Virus record (IMG/VR): IMGVR_UViG_3300049828_000234
Span: 1-42,709 of that record
Length of the DNA stretch: 42,709 bases
Reading direction: 5' to 3' (one strand)
Origin: a virus
Lineage: Duplodnaviria > Caudoviricetes
Shown: piece by piece, positions 33,526 to 41,687 of the stretch
How the letters are laid out: each line of letters opens with the position of its first letter
Position numbering within the stretch: the stretch's first letter is position 1
Notes under the pieces: generated by a model
What the model was told of the DNA's origin: nothing
What the model saw: the letters and a program-made list of their open reading frames with translations, nothing else
Database searches by the model: none
Position numbers and translations under genes: made by a program

Positions 33526-35751
33526 TCAGGCGCATTCCTGCTCTTCGTAATGGTCAGCGAACAGGCCGGATGCCTGTATCTCTCGCGCTTCGCTCAGGTT
33601 GCGCTTGGCAAGCTCCCAATAACTGCGCTTGAGTTCAGCACCGACGAACCTGCGCCCCATCTCGATGCTGACGTAACCCTCGCTGCCAATGCCAGTGAAC
33701 GGGCTAAACACCAAGTCACCGGGGTTGCTCCAAAGCTCAATGGCGCGCTCGATCACATCCAGCTGGAGCGGGCAGATGTGCCGCTCGTCGTCGGACTCCC
33801 GTGCATTGCGGAATTGAAGCGTCCGAGTCGGGTTGATATCCATCCAGACCGGGCTGGCGTACTTCTGCCACTTCTCGACCGGGAAAGACTCATGCGTGTG
33901 GCTGATGAATTCCGCGTTCTCTCCCGGCTTCCTCATGGTCACAAGGTAGTCAGGGATGCCCTGCCGGCTCATGCTGGAGTCCTTGCGGATCGTCTTGTGT
34001 AGCAGACCAAGAGCCTTGGTGCGCTGCATGGCGGTCACCGGGTCTTTCCAGATGCACACTTCGCTGTGGAAGATCCACCCGGCATCAACGAACATCCGAG
34101 TCAACTCGCCGCGGAAGTCATGCAGACCGATCACGCCATCTCGGAATTTGCTTGTCTGCAGGTTCATGCAGTGGAATGAAAGCAACCGCCCAGGCTTGGT
34201 GACCCGGAACAGTTGCGCGACCAGAAACCTGAAGTGATCGTAGAACTCGCTATAGCTCTTGCAGTTGCCCATGTCGCGGTCACTGTTCGAGTAGGTATAG
34301 AGCGAGGCAAACGGAGGGCTGAACACGGAAAAGTCGATGCTGTTGTCAGGCATCTCGCTGGCGACTTCCACGCAGTCACCAAGATGGATAGTCCAGCCTT
34401 TGCCTTCGGCAATGTCCCGCTTGTATTCGCTCTTTTCCATAGTTGCTCCCTTGATGGTTTGCTTGGTCAGTTCGCGCATGTGAGAAACCATGCTTTCCGC
34501 CATATCGATGGCTTGCGCCTGTTTGCGCTCGAGGTTCGCCTTGACTGCGCCTTCGGCACTGGACGACACCAGATGCACGTTGACGACTTCGGTTTGACCG
34601 AACCGATAACACCTGCGCACAGCCTGATAGAAACTCTCGAACGAGTCATCAAGACCAGCAAACACCATATCGGAACAGTGCTGCCAGTTCATGCCGAATC
34701 CGCAGATGGATGGCTTGCTTACGATGACGCGCTTTTCTCCATGAGTGAAAGCCATGATGGCGCGCTCTTTCTCATCGGCAGACATTGACCCCGTGACTTC
34801 CACAGAGTCAGGAATAGCTGCCGCGAGCGCCTTGCTTTCGTCATTCAGGTGACACCAGACAATTGCGGGTCGCTTGTGCTTGTTCACCAGATCGGCAGTG
34901 ATGCCCACACGATGCGCCATTGACTGCCGCTTCGCGTCGCGACGCTCTGTCAGCGTCTGGGCAATGCCAGAGAACAGTTGCCCAGGCAACGCCTCTTCCA
35001 CGTCGATGACGTGCTCGTGCATCTGCAGGCCGGGGAGGATGTACTTGGAGCCATCGAAGCCTAAGTCTGCAGGGTTGCGAACGCACACAGACCATGTGCT
35101 CATCCATTCCCAGAAGCGTTGTTTGCCGTGCCCCTTGAGTCTCCAGTTGGCAGTGTCTCCACCGTCATGGACAAAGAACATAGCCAGCATCTCGACTGCA
35201 GTCATGACGCCCAAGAATTCGGCTTGGTTGCCTAGTTCCATATGGTCATTCGGGCTCGGTGTCGCTGTGCAACTCAGCCTGTAAGGCGTCTTGTTGAACA
35301 TGCTGATGATCTTCGCCCGCGTCTTTGAGTCGTGGCTTTTCAGGATAGATGACTCATCGAGCACGATGCCGGCATAGTCCGCCACGTCGAAGTGCTCGAC
35401 CATCTCGTAATTCGTGATGATGATGTCGCCTTCTGCCTGCGACTCGTTGCGGCAGTATTTGATGGACGTTCCGAACCTGCCCTCTTCCTCAACGGTCTGC
35501 TGTGCGACACACAGCGGGGCAAGGATCAGCACTCGTCCGCCGGTATGGTCGGCAACCTGCCGAGCCCACTCGGCTTGCATGGCGGTCTTGCCAAGCCCCG
35601 TATCGGCGAAGATGGCAGCCCGCCCACGCTTGCAAGCCCATTCGACAATCGCGCGCTGGAAGTCGAACAGATGCGGCTTGATGCCACTCGGCTCAAAGCC
35701 CGTGGAAATCTGAGCCAGTTCTTTGCTGGCGACGAACTCAGCGTAGTTCAT
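33526..35751 (-). CDS. SNF2-like helicase fused to N4/N6 DNA methyltransferase
   Basis: ADTGLGKT, VLDESS, CTATPSPND and QAVRRCYRFGQ helicase motifs, then FSPPF and FSPFTGIGSEG MTase motifs in one frame. Confidence 0.9.
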   Translation of the reverse strand: MNYAEFVASKELAQISTGFEPSGIKPHLFDFQRAIVEWACKRGRAAIFADTGLGKTAMQAEWARQVADHTGGRVLILAPLCVAQQTVEEEGRFGTSIKYCRNESQAEGDIIITNYEMVEHFDVADYAGIVLDESSILKSHDSKTRAKIISMFNKTPYRLSCTATPSPNDHMELGNQAEFLGVMTAVEMLAMFFVHDGGDTANWRLKGHGKQRFWEWMSTWSVCVRNPADLGFDGSKYILPGLQMHEHVIDVEEALPGQLFSGIAQTLTERRDAKRQSMAHRVGITADLVNKHKRPAIVWCHLNDESKALAAAIPDSVEVTGSMSADEKERAIMAFTHGEKRVIVSKPSICGFGMNWQHCSDMVFAGLDDSFESFYQAVRRCYRFGQTEVVNVHLVSSSAEGAVKANLERKQAQAIDMAESMVSHMRELTKQTIKGATMEKSEYKRDIAEGKGWTIHLGDCVEVASEMPDNSIDFSVFSPPFASLYTYSNSDRDMGNCKSYSEFYDHFRFLVAQLFRVTKPGRLLSFHCMNLQTSKFRDGVIGLHDFRGELTRMFVDAGWIFHSEVCIWKDPVTAMQRTKALGLLHKTIRKDSSMSRQGIPDYLVTMRKPGENAEFISHTHESFPVEKWQKYASPVWMDINPTRTLQFRNARESDDERHICPLQLDVIERAIELWSNPGDLVFSPFTGIGSEGYVSIEMGRRFVGAELKRSYWELAKRNLSEAREIQASGLFADHYEEQECA

Positions 35752-35921
35752 TCAGACACCTCCGCAATCAGTGCAAGGATGCGCTTGTGGCAGGCGTCAA
35801 TCTCTGTGTGCAGTGCGGAGATTTCCGCAGCCTGGGCTATGAGTGCATCCGCCGCATGCTGGCAGTGCGGGCTTTGGATGCTGCGCAGGCGGGCGATAAG
35901 CTCGGTGTGGTCGTGGCTCAT
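35748..35921 (-). CDS. Small hypothetical protein (57 aa; not in ORF track)
   Basis: MSHDHTELIARLRSIQSPHCQHAADALIAQ...EVSE; ATGA overlaps at both ends. Confidence 0.7.
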   Translation of the reverse strand: MSHDHTELIARLRSIQSPHCQHAADALIAQAAEISALHTEIDACHKRILALIAEVSE

Positions 35922-36226
35922 GGCTTTTCCGCAATGGCGCGCTCGATGGCGCGTGCGAATTTTTTGGCAAGTCCATAGATTTGCGGTAGAAATGGCGAAC
36001 TGAAAACATGACGGTAAATCGACCGAATTTCATCATCCGTCAACGCAGGCGCGAGGATGTACTTCTGCAGCATGTCGTTCGCCTCGCGCAGCGCGCTTTC
36101 CAACTCCGCAATCCGCGCAGCCTGGGCTTCGATGCGGTCGGCGGCAATCAGCGGGAGGTGTCCAGCAACTGAACCTGCATGCGCGTAGAAGTTGCGCAGC
36201 TTTGCGGGTAGATCATCGTGACTCAT
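35918..36226 (-). CDS. Hypothetical protein (Ead/Ea22-like early gene)
   Basis: AADRIEAQAARIAELE and LTDDEI...FARAIERA modules; ATGA coupled. Confidence 0.65.
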   Translation of the reverse strand: MSHDDLPAKLRNFYAHAGSVAGHLPLIAADRIEAQAARIAELESALREANDMLQKYILAPALTDDEIRSIYRHVFSSPFLPQIYGLAKKFARAIERAIAEKP

Positions 36227-36480
36227 GCCTTGCCCTCCTGTATAGCCGCGTCAATGGCGGCGTCTATGTCCGTCGGTGTTAACGCTTCTCTAGCCGATAC
36301 GATGGTTGTATCTACCGCCAGCGAAGTCCTCTTGCTAATCGACGGAGCCCACTGGTCGCGCAGCCACCGATAGCGTTCAGCGTCAACCACCAACGCCTCG
36401 ATAGCATCCGCCGCATGCTGGCAATGGGGGCTTTGGATGCTGCGCAGGCGGGCGATAAGCTCGGCGTGGTCGTGGTTCAT
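36223..36480 (-). CDS. Hypothetical protein with DAERYRWLR motif
   Basis: ATG 36480 after AGGA; DAERYRWLR...IDAAIDAA, common in phage early proteins. Confidence 0.7.
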   Translation of the reverse strand: MNHDHAELIARLRSIQSPHCQHAADAIEALVVDAERYRWLRDQWAPSISKRTSLAVDTTIVSAREALTPTDIDAAIDAAIQEGKA

Positions 36481-36490
36481 GGCTTTTCCT

Positions 36491-36691
36491 TCAGTGAACC
36501 ATCCGGTGCAGCCACACCGAAATACCGGTTTCTTCGTCGGTATGCTCTTTGGTCGGCTCGCACCAGCAATGCTCGCTTGCGATGTGCTCGCGCTGCGGCA
36601 CCCTAGCGCAGTCAGATAGGCATTCACCAGCAGTGAAGCACGCGCCGCTCGTCTCGGTGCATTGCGGCTTTGGAACGAATAGATTGCTCAT
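36491..36691 (-). CDS. Small Cys/His-rich hypothetical protein
   Basis: CTETSGACFTAGECLSDC and EHIASEHCWCEP...WLH. Confidence 0.6.
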   Translation of the reverse strand: MSNLFVPKPQCTETSGACFTAGECLSDCARVPQREHIASEHCWCEPTKEHTDEETGISVWLHRMVH

Positions 36692-37464
36692 TTGCCCTCC
36701 TGCGCGGCGAGGACGACAGCATCCGCCGCGTCGATCAACTCTTGCAGTGCGGTCATCGCCCGACGGTTGTGGGTGAACTGGTGCTGCATGACTTCAGCGA
36801 CGGCAGCGCGCAGTCGGTCGGTCAGCGGCTGTTGTGCTGGCTGCATGGCTTGCTTCACTGCCTGCCCCGGAGCCATCGGAATGTGGTCATTCCTCTCGAT
36901 GGTGTCCAGCATCGCGCCGATTGACGGGGCTGGCTGCGCAGGCGCCTCCCACTCGACACGGTTGCTCGACCCAACGCACGTTCGGCAAGGCCCGCCGATG
37001 ACGTTCTCGTTCACGCAGCCCGTGCAGTTGTTCATTGCCACAAGCTCGGCTGGCTGCGCAGGCTTTGCGGCAAGCATCTGCGCGCCGGGTGGCGCGATCA
37101 GGATGCCCTGCGGGTCGCTATGCACGTCTCGCATGTCGCGCGGCTCCCCGGTGTACGGGTTGAACAGCACCGGCACCGCGTAGTGGTCGCGCTTTGCGAC
37201 CCATCCGGTCGAGCGTTGCGGCGCAGGCGCTGCTGGTGGGGTGGCCTCATCTTTTCCTTGCTTATAGCCAAGCAGCCACACGACATACATATCCTCTGAG
37301 GACGCCACCGGCGCTGCTCTGGCTGCGCGGTCGGCTAGGACGTAGGCGTTCATCTGGTCGGCAGTGAATAGGTGCGGACACTCCCATCCAGGGTGGTCTG
37401 GGTACAGCATCCCCAGGATTGCAGGCTCAGGCAGCGGCGGAAAGTCGTCGGTTTCGCTCATCAC
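36688..37464 (-). CDS. Mosaic hypothetical early protein
   Basis: FPPLPEP...FTADQMNAY; LFNPYTGEPRD; CxxC..CxxC module; Pro/Ala/Gln linkers. Confidence 0.65.
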   Translation of the reverse strand: MMSETDDFPPLPEPAILGMLYPDHPGWECPHLFTADQMNAYVLADRAARAAPVASSEDMYVVWLLGYKQGKDEATPPAAPAPQRSTGWVAKRDHYAVPVLFNPYTGEPRDMRDVHSDPQGILIAPPGAQMLAAKPAQPAELVAMNNCTGCVNENVIGGPCRTCVGSSNRVEWEAPAQPAPSIGAMLDTIERNDHIPMAPGQAVKQAMQPAQQPLTDRLRAAVAEVMQHQFTHNRRAMTALQELIDAADAVVLAAQEGK

Positions 37465-38291
37465 TCCCCCGAAAGCGCAGCATCCCGCGCCCTGTACGCA
37501 TCAAGCAGCGCGTCGCGTTCCGGCGAGTCGGGCAGTTCGCGGAACTCGTCGGCGAACAGCGCCAGGATCTCGCGGTCTGCGCTGGCTTCTATCTTCTTCA
37601 TCGCGGCGAGATAGTCGAACACCACCGGCAGCGCAGACGGCGTTGGCCCGGCCGGCGCTTGCGTCAAAGCAGCGCGCACCGCCTGCAGCCCCGATGCCTG
37701 GCGCACTTCCTCGACAGGCGCCAGGTCGTGCAGTTCGTCGTCGGTGCGCAGGCCCATGCTGATCTCAGGCGCATAGGTGCGGATCAGGAACGCCGCGCTG
37801 CGGTACATCAGCATCAGTTCCGGCATTGTTTTCCACTTACTGCCGTTCTTTCCGCTCCATCCTTCGTCCTTCGCCATCTGCATCGAAACCTGCGGGCCTT
37901 CGATGCGCTCGCCGGTTGCCTTCTCCGTGGCCCAGGCACGGCATGCGGTCTTGTCTGCGTTCCACTCGTAGCGCAGTGAAGAAAAACGACCGCACTGGTT
38001 GAAACATGCAATAAGGAACTTGCTAGACCAAGACGGCGTGCCATGCACCACGTAAAGCGACTGCATGACCATCAACGGCGACGCGCCCATGCGGTTCGCC
38101 ATTTCCAACGCGATCAGGCAGTTCGGCAGATTGCCTTGGAAGTTCTGCGGCACCAAATTCGACGCTGAAAAGGCTTTGGCGACTCGTTGCGCCAACTCCC
38201 AATTTGCGTTGTTGCTGAATCCTGGCATGACTGCGTTGTCGCGCGGAGCGAGCGTGTCGGTTTGTGGCGCGTCGATTACGTCTGTTCTCAT
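37461..38291 (-). CDS. recT: RecT-like single-strand annealing protein
   Basis: ATG 38291 with GGAG RBS; SNLVPQNFQGN...VMQSLYVVHGTPSW...WKTMPELMLMYRSAAF; paired with exonuclease. Confidence 0.75.
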   Translation of the reverse strand: MRTDVIDAPQTDTLAPRDNAVMPGFSNNANWELAQRVAKAFSASNLVPQNFQGNLPNCLIALEMANRMGASPLMVMQSLYVVHGTPSWSSKFLIACFNQCGRFSSLRYEWNADKTACRAWATEKATGERIEGPQVSMQMAKDEGWSGKNGSKWKTMPELMLMYRSAAFLIRTYAPEISMGLRTDDELHDLAPVEEVRQASGLQAVRAALTQAPAGPTPSALPVVFDYLAAMKKIEASADREILALFADEFRELPDSPERDALLDAYRARDAALSGE

Positions 38292-38785
38292 GTGGTCTTC
38301 TCCTTGATGCGCGAGTTGCGCTTGTTGCGTGCTTGTTCGGTTGGTGTTGCCCATCGGCAGTTGTCCTTGCGGTATCCGCTGTTGTTGTCGGGCCATCGGT
38401 CTAGCGACCTTCCTGCCGGCCGTTCGCCCATGTCTGCAAAGAAGCCCTCAAACGTCAGCCACGCGGGATCGACAGTGATGCCACGCCCGCCGTAGTCGGC
38501 GAATTGCTTGTGCGACTCATCAATGCACCTAGCCAGCATCGCCCGCCATGAGCGATAGGTTGGCGTGCCGTACATGCCGTGCGTCTTCTGCTTGTTGCGC
38601 ATTACATCTTTGCGATAGCAGCCGCAAGATGTCGTGTCGCCTTTCCGCAGAGAATGACCGCGCACTATGGCTATGGCTTTGCAAGCGCACTGGCATCTGT
38701 ATGCAACGTGCGGGCCGATCTTCCCAATCTCGTTCAGCACCAGCAGACGGCCAAACTGCAGGCCGATGATGTTGATCTTCTGCAT
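38288..38785 (-). CDS. HNH homing-endonuclease-like protein
   Basis: ATG 38785; FGRLLV...CQCAC...TSCGC...YGGRGITV...SLDR.PDNNSGY..DNCRWAT..EQARN. Confidence 0.82.
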   Translation of the reverse strand: MQKINIIGLQFGRLLVLNEIGKIGPHVAYRCQCACKAIAIVRGHSLRKGDTTSCGCYRKDVMRNKQKTHGMYGTPTYRSWRAMLARCIDESHKQFADYGGRGITVDPAWLTFEGFFADMGERPAGRSLDRWPDNNSGYRKDNCRWATPTEQARNKRNSRIKEKTT

Positions 38786-38786
38786 G

Positions 38787-39602
38787 TCAAAGGTTCGCCC
38801 ACCTGGGCAGCGTGATAGGCTGGATCGTGTTCGGATAGCCGGGCCAGTTCCCGGTGGTTGTGCACTCGGCGTATAGGTCCAGCAGGCGCCTGTTTTCAGC
38901 CCGCGCCTTGTCGCGCGCCTCGTCGTCAAGCACGTATGCTGCGGCGGCGTGCGGCGGATCGGCCTCGACCACCACGAACACGAACCCGAGCACTGGCAAG
39001 CCGCTGGCGAGCGCGAATCCATCGGTGTAGAAAGCATCCTGCAGGTGATAACCGAAGTTCCACATCGCCCGCGGGAAGCCATCGGGGCTGGCGTCTTGCG
39101 CCGTCTTAACGTCCACCAGAATGACGCCCTCCGGCGTTGCGTGAACCCAATCAGGCCGCACCTTACAAGGCATGCCAGTTTCCTCATCGGTCCAAAACCC
39201 GGAAACCTCCGGCTGGCCACTGGCAAGCAGCGCCGCGATTTCCGGCAGCGCGCGCACAGCTTCTGCCTGCCGCCGCGCGGTTTCCATCTGCTCGGCTGTG
39301 ATGATTTCGAGACCGGCCGGCACCGCAGCGAGCCACGCCTTGCCTTCCTTCGTGCGACCGTCAATGTCGGCGGGCCGCACCAGGTAGCGCTGCGCCAGCG
39401 CGTCAGGCTCAAGGATCGCGCAGTGCGCAAGCGTGCCGGCCTTCATCGCTGGCGTCGGCTCTTTGCTGGCGCGGTTGTGGTAGTGGTAAGGCGTGCGCGC
39501 AAGCAGCTTCATGCCCGACGCGCTCAGGCCTGGCAGGCGGTGGTATTCCTCGTTCGGCATGCCATGCACCAAGCCGATCGGTAGCGTTTGCGGTGCGTTC
39601 AT
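38787..39602 (-). CDS. recE: RecE/exonuclease VIII-like PD-(D/E)xK nuclease
   Basis: ATG 39602; YH...LSAS...GTLAHCAILEP...CKVRPDW...VDVKT...YHLQDAFY. Confidence 0.85.
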   Translation of the reverse strand: MNAPQTLPIGLVHGMPNEEYHRLPGLSASGMKLLARTPYHYHNRASKEPTPAMKAGTLAHCAILEPDALAQRYLVRPADIDGRTKEGKAWLAAVPAGLEIITAEQMETARRQAEAVRALPEIAALLASGQPEVSGFWTDEETGMPCKVRPDWVHATPEGVILVDVKTAQDASPDGFPRAMWNFGYHLQDAFYTDGFALASGLPVLGFVFVVVEADPPHAAAAYVLDDEARDKARAENRRLLDLYAECTTTGNWPGYPNTIQPITLPRWANL

Positions 39603-39874
39603 GCGCGCAGCACCAGCGCAAAGGCGATGACCGCAGCCCACGCTGCGAGCGAACCAATGAGCGCGTAGATGATGCCCTTTGCAGGATTTAGCGCGCCGTC
39701 GTCTTTCATGATCTCGCACGACTCTGGGCACGGGCAAAGGTTGCGGCCCTGGTTGCACGGGCCGGCGCAGCGCCGATGCGTCAGACGGTGGCGCAGGCTT
39801 TGCTGCAGATCAATCGCTTCCGCCAGCTTCTCTTGATGCTTGCGGTGGATTGCGTCGATGTTCATCGCGTTCAT
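39599..39874 (-). CDS. Small membrane-anchored protein with Cys cluster
   Basis: CAGPCNQGRNLCPCPESC followed by a C-terminal TM segment. Confidence 0.65.
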   Translation of the reverse strand: MNAMNIDAIHRKHQEKLAEAIDLQQSLRHRLTHRRCAGPCNQGRNLCPCPESCEIMKDDGALNPAKGIIYALIGSLAAWAAVIAFALVLRA

Positions 39875-39875
39875 G

Positions 39876-40040
39876 TCATCCCCTCCAGGCCAGAAGAACA
39901 CCAATGAAAGCCAGTAGCGACAGCGTGCCAATGACGCCGAGCCAGCCGGCCGCGCGTTCCGGCCAGGGCCGGCGATAGATTTCGATCGCGGGGAAGCGCT
40001 CCGATGGGAATGCCTCTCGGGTTGAGCGATAGAACTTCAT
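39876..40040 (-). CDS. Small membrane protein (54 aa; not in ORF track)
   Basis: MKFYRSTREAFPSERF...GWLGVIGTLSLLAFIGVLLAWRG; ATGA overlap upstream. Confidence 0.65.
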   Translation of the reverse strand: MKFYRSTREAFPSERFPAIEIYRRPWPERAAGWLGVIGTLSLLAFIGVLLAWRG

Positions 40041-40189
40041 GCTTGCCTCACCGAGTAGGTGAACCCGCGACCGAAGTGCGCCAGCGCCAGAAGCCGGGCT
40101 TCGTCCAGCGCGTCGCTGCGGTCTGTAGCGATCAGCGCGAAGCGCCGAATGACTCCATCCCGCGCCGTGATGTGGGCTGTGTAGTTCAT
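40037..40189 (-). CDS. Small hypothetical protein
   Basis: ATG 40189 overlapping upstream stop; MNYTAHITARDG...FTYSVRQA. Confidence 0.6.
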   Translation of the reverse strand: MNYTAHITARDGVIRRFALIATDRSDALDEARLLALAHFGRGFTYSVRQA

Positions 40190-40383
40190 GCTTCCCCCAG
40201 CAGTTCGAGCGCCGCGCTGCGCATGTAGTCCGCTGCGGCCTCTGCGTTGCCGGCCTTCAGCGCGCGCTCGGCGTGGCCGATCAGTTCTTCGGCGATACGC
40301 ATCGATTCGGCCAGGCCTTGCGCGTCGTGCTCGGCGCCTTCGGCGGAAAGGGCGAGGTCGATGTCGTCGGTGTAGTAGGTCAT
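40186..40383 (-). CDS. Small hypothetical protein
   Basis: ATG 40383 overlapping upstream stop; MTYYTDDIDLAL... Confidence 0.6.
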   Translation of the reverse strand: MTYYTDDIDLALSAEGAEHDAQGLAESMRIAEELIGHAERALKAGNAEAAADYMRSAALELLGEA

Positions 40384-40541
40384 GTCGAGAACCCCACATA
40401 TCCGCTCGGCTGCTGCTTGGCGTAGATAAACAGGCCGTTGCTGAAGCCTGGGCGAACCGTGTAACCGGCTACCTTGACGCCTTGCGCGTTTTCCTTCAGC
40501 ACTTGCTGGAGGCTGTAGGCGCTGATCTTGGTGGTCTGCAT
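40380..40541 (-). CDS. First gene of leftward early operon, hypothetical
   Basis: AGGAG RBS then ATG 40541 (MQTTKISAYSL). Confidence 0.6.
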   Translation of the reverse strand: MQTTKISAYSLQQVLKENAQGVKVAGYTVRPGFSNGLFIYAKQQPSGYVGFST

Positions 40542-40582
40542 TTGCTTTGCTCCTGTAGCCCCGTCTGCAGGGCATGGAGTGA

Positions 40583-40612
40583 ACTTTACCGGATGTGGCA
40601 ATGACGTGTCAA
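40583..40612 (-). promoter_or_regulatory. Leftward sigma70-type promoter
   Basis: TTGACA (40612-40607) - 18 nt - TAAAGT (40588-40583). Confidence 0.75.
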
Positions 40613-40667
40613 CCGATTTAGGCAAAATATTTTGAAGCTAGGGAAAGCACCTAGATGCCGAAATCGG

Positions 40668-40697
40668 TTGACGAAACGTTGCCGCATTGGGTAAGAT
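40668..40697 (+). promoter_or_regulatory. Rightward sigma70-type promoter
   Basis: TTGACG (40668-40673) - 18 nt - TAAGAT (40692-40697). Confidence 0.75.
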
Positions 40698-40704
40698 GCT
40701 CGAC

Positions 40705-40911
40705 ATGCACACACATCTTCCTTCAGGCGACGATGTAAGGCAGCGCCTTGCGCCGTTCTCGATCAAGCAGCTGGAAAGCATCGCCGAAGCATCCGGGGTG
40801 CCATTCCACACGCTTTATAAGATCCAGCGCGGAGAGACTGCGAACCCTGGAATTGAGACGGTCGGGCGTTTCTGGGCACATCTTCCGGCCGCTGAAAAAG
40901 CTGCAGCGTGA
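40705..40911 (+). CDS. Cro-like XRE HTH regulator (probably leaderless)
   Basis: LESIAEASGVPFHTLYKIQRGETANPGIET; ATG lies 7 nt after the -10 box, no SD. Confidence 0.8.
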   Translation: MHTHLPSGDDVRQRLAPFSIKQLESIAEASGVPFHTLYKIQRGETANPGIETVGRFWAHLPAAEKAAA

Positions 40912-41162
40912 AGTCCGCGAAGTTCACCGCTGCCGACTTGGTGCCAGGCAATCTCTACCTGTCGCCGTCCGGTCGGCTGTGCGTGCTGTGCCCTATGCCG
41001 CGCATGGGTCCGAATAGCGATGGCGTTTACAGCTTCGACTACATCACCCGCGACGGCAAGCCGGCGAAGGACGAAGGGTTCCGGCTGTCGCCGAATAACT
41101 TGCTGGCCATCAGCAAGATGCGCGAAGCGGACCTTCCCGCGCGGGTAGGCAGAAAGGCGTGA
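40908..41162 (+). CDS. Hypothetical protein
   Basis: GTGA overlap; tiles operon. Confidence 0.6.
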   Translation: MKSAKFTAADLVPGNLYLSPSGRLCVLCPMPRMGPNSDGVYSFDYITRDGKPAKDEGFRLSPNNLLAISKMREADLPARVGRKA

Positions 41163-41163
41163 C

Positions 41164-41382
41164 ATGAAGCACTACCCGAAAGGCCACTTTTCTGCGCTGA
41201 TCCGGGCGCACAACTGGCCGCCCATGTTCGAGCCGCAATGGCAGCGCACGCGCGAGGTTCAGCAGTCCGAGACGGCGCGCATCAACCGCGAGCGTCGCGT
41301 CGCACTCGGCGATCCTGGAACGATCGTAGGCCTATCGGCGAAGTCCGAGGCCGAGCAGCTGCTGCGGAGGGTCAGGCTGTGA
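41164..41382 (+). CDS. Hypothetical protein
   Basis: AAGG RBS; tiles operon. Confidence 0.55.
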   Translation: MKHYPKGHFSALIRAHNWPPMFEPQWQRTREVQQSETARINRERRVALGDPGTIVGLSAKSEAEQLLRRVRL

Positions 41383-41687
41383 GCTCGCAACTGTCGATTT
41401 TCGATGACGTCGCACCGCCGGCCGCGCGGTGCACAGATCCAGGTACAAGCCACGCAGCGGCGGCGCAGGCGAAGGAACTTCAGAACCGGCATCACCGGAT
41501 CATCCTCGCCGCGCTCGGGCAGTATGGGCCGATGGGAAAGGACGCCATCGGCTCGCGGACGCAGCTAACCGGCCACGCAGTCGGCAAACGGATGGCCGAG
41601 CTCGAGCGTGTCGGGCTGGTGTTTCTGACCGGGCGAAAGGTTGCCAGTGCGGCCCGCCGGCTTGAGCGGGAATGGGCAAAAGCGTGA
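41379..41687 (+). CDS. Winged-HTH phage protein
   Basis: GGAGG RBS, GTG 41379; ARCTDPGTSHAAA...KRMAELERVGLV..TG. Confidence 0.7.
   Translation: MSSQLSIFDDVAPPAARCTDPGTSHAAAAQAKELQNRHHRIILAALGQYGPMGKDAIGSRTQLTGHAVGKRMAELERVGLVFLTGRKVASAARRLEREWAKA

Larger units (their letters stand above)
35845..36489. repeat. 86-bp direct repeat (35845-35930 and 36404-36489)
   Basis: 82/86 identical; covers RBS and first ~26 codons of two genes. Confidence 0.95.

Noticed and set aside
35845-36489. Diversity-generating retroelement TR/VR pair
   Set aside because: No reverse transcriptase; the four mismatches are not adenine-specific; the repeats cover 5' ends of genes rather than C-terminal variable regions.
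38786-39430. 380-aa HNH ORF with long N-terminal extension
   Set aside because: The extension overlaps the exonuclease in another frame and is low-complexity Arg-rich; ATG 38785 right after the exonuclease stop is the plausible start.
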